From: Stegostoma tigrinum
Taxonomy: Eukaryota
DNA: 64,000 bases
Assembly: GCF_030684315.1 (NCBI RefSeq)
Contig: NC_081356.1
Span: forward strand, 22,655,197-22,719,196
Direction of reading: 5' to 3'
Positions within the stretch are counted from its first letter, which is position 1. Each line of letters opens with the position of its first letter. The position numbers and the translations under genes are program-made. A model generated the notes under the pieces. The model ran no database searches. It was not told where the DNA came from and saw only the letters and a list, made by a program, of their open reading frames with translations. Positions 63,481 to 64,000 of the stretch are shown here, one piece after another.

Positions 63481-64000
63481 GTGTTATTTAGGCCAAAGCT
63501 AGATGTTCAATCTGTTATAATCCATTTTGACTACTTTTTGTGGACAGAACTGAGTGATTTGAATCATTTGGAATCCTATTATTCATTTGAACAGTTGAGA
63601 TTGTGTATGTTAAGTAGTATCATATAGTATTGAGGCACTAGTGATGAAAAGCTCACATCATATTTGTGACAAGTCTGAAAAGGTAATTTGCATCTATGGT
63701 TTATATACCCTTGGAGCTTCACTACTGTGCCACAGTAACTTCAGTAAATTTTCGGTGTGTCCCATTCATGTTAACTTCTGCCACACTGCAGGGGAGAAAA
63801 GTTGAGGAAATTCATTCCTTTTGCCAGTCTGTTTAAATTCTAAACTACCTGTAAATGTAGATGGTTTGTTTTGAAGATGGGCAATATAATTGAAAACTTG
63901 TGTGTGACAATTGGCTCCTAAGGTTTAATTGTTTGTGTCTTGATTTGTGTGGTGAGCTTACTGTTTAACTCTTGAACTGGGTTAAATGTTTGTTTAGGTT

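Noticed and set aside
62355-64000. Intronic scaRNA/snoRNA (human HAUS6 hosts SCARNA8)
   Set aside because: No convincing H/ACA or C/D structure was seen; the host intron is probably beyond the window.

Overview
Repeat-rich vertebrate DNA, almost certainly from a shark or other elasmobranch. The evidence is HE1-type tRNA-derived SINEs, HER1/CR1 LINEs, many Penelope-like elements (PLEs) and a chondrichthyan-type 'GPR139-like' receptor. Three host genes can be read. (1) A two-exon GPR139-like class A GPCR on the minus strand (15564-15492, 12527-11628) with a +1 frameshift in a T4 run. (2) A complete PLIN2 (perilipin-2) on the plus strand: 7 coding exons, 39659-49071, 407 aa, whose TAG stop sits 20 codons upstream of an ancestral-looking C-terminus. 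(3) The promoter and first two coding exons of HAUS6, in the same PLIN2-then-HAUS6 order as in human. The rest is CR1, L2/CR1-clade, RTE, Rex/Babar, Gypsy, Tigger and PLE debris. The most notable non-genic signal is a set of more than 10 minimal hammerhead ribozyme motifs (CUGANGA...GAAACGUH). They are carried by PLE terminal repeats and by short, TSD-flanked, often fold-back insertions, including an 87-bp insert that is little more than a ribozyme and two sense-strand copies in PLIN2 intron 3. Repeat boundaries are approximate. All family assignments are by recognition from memory; no database search was run.
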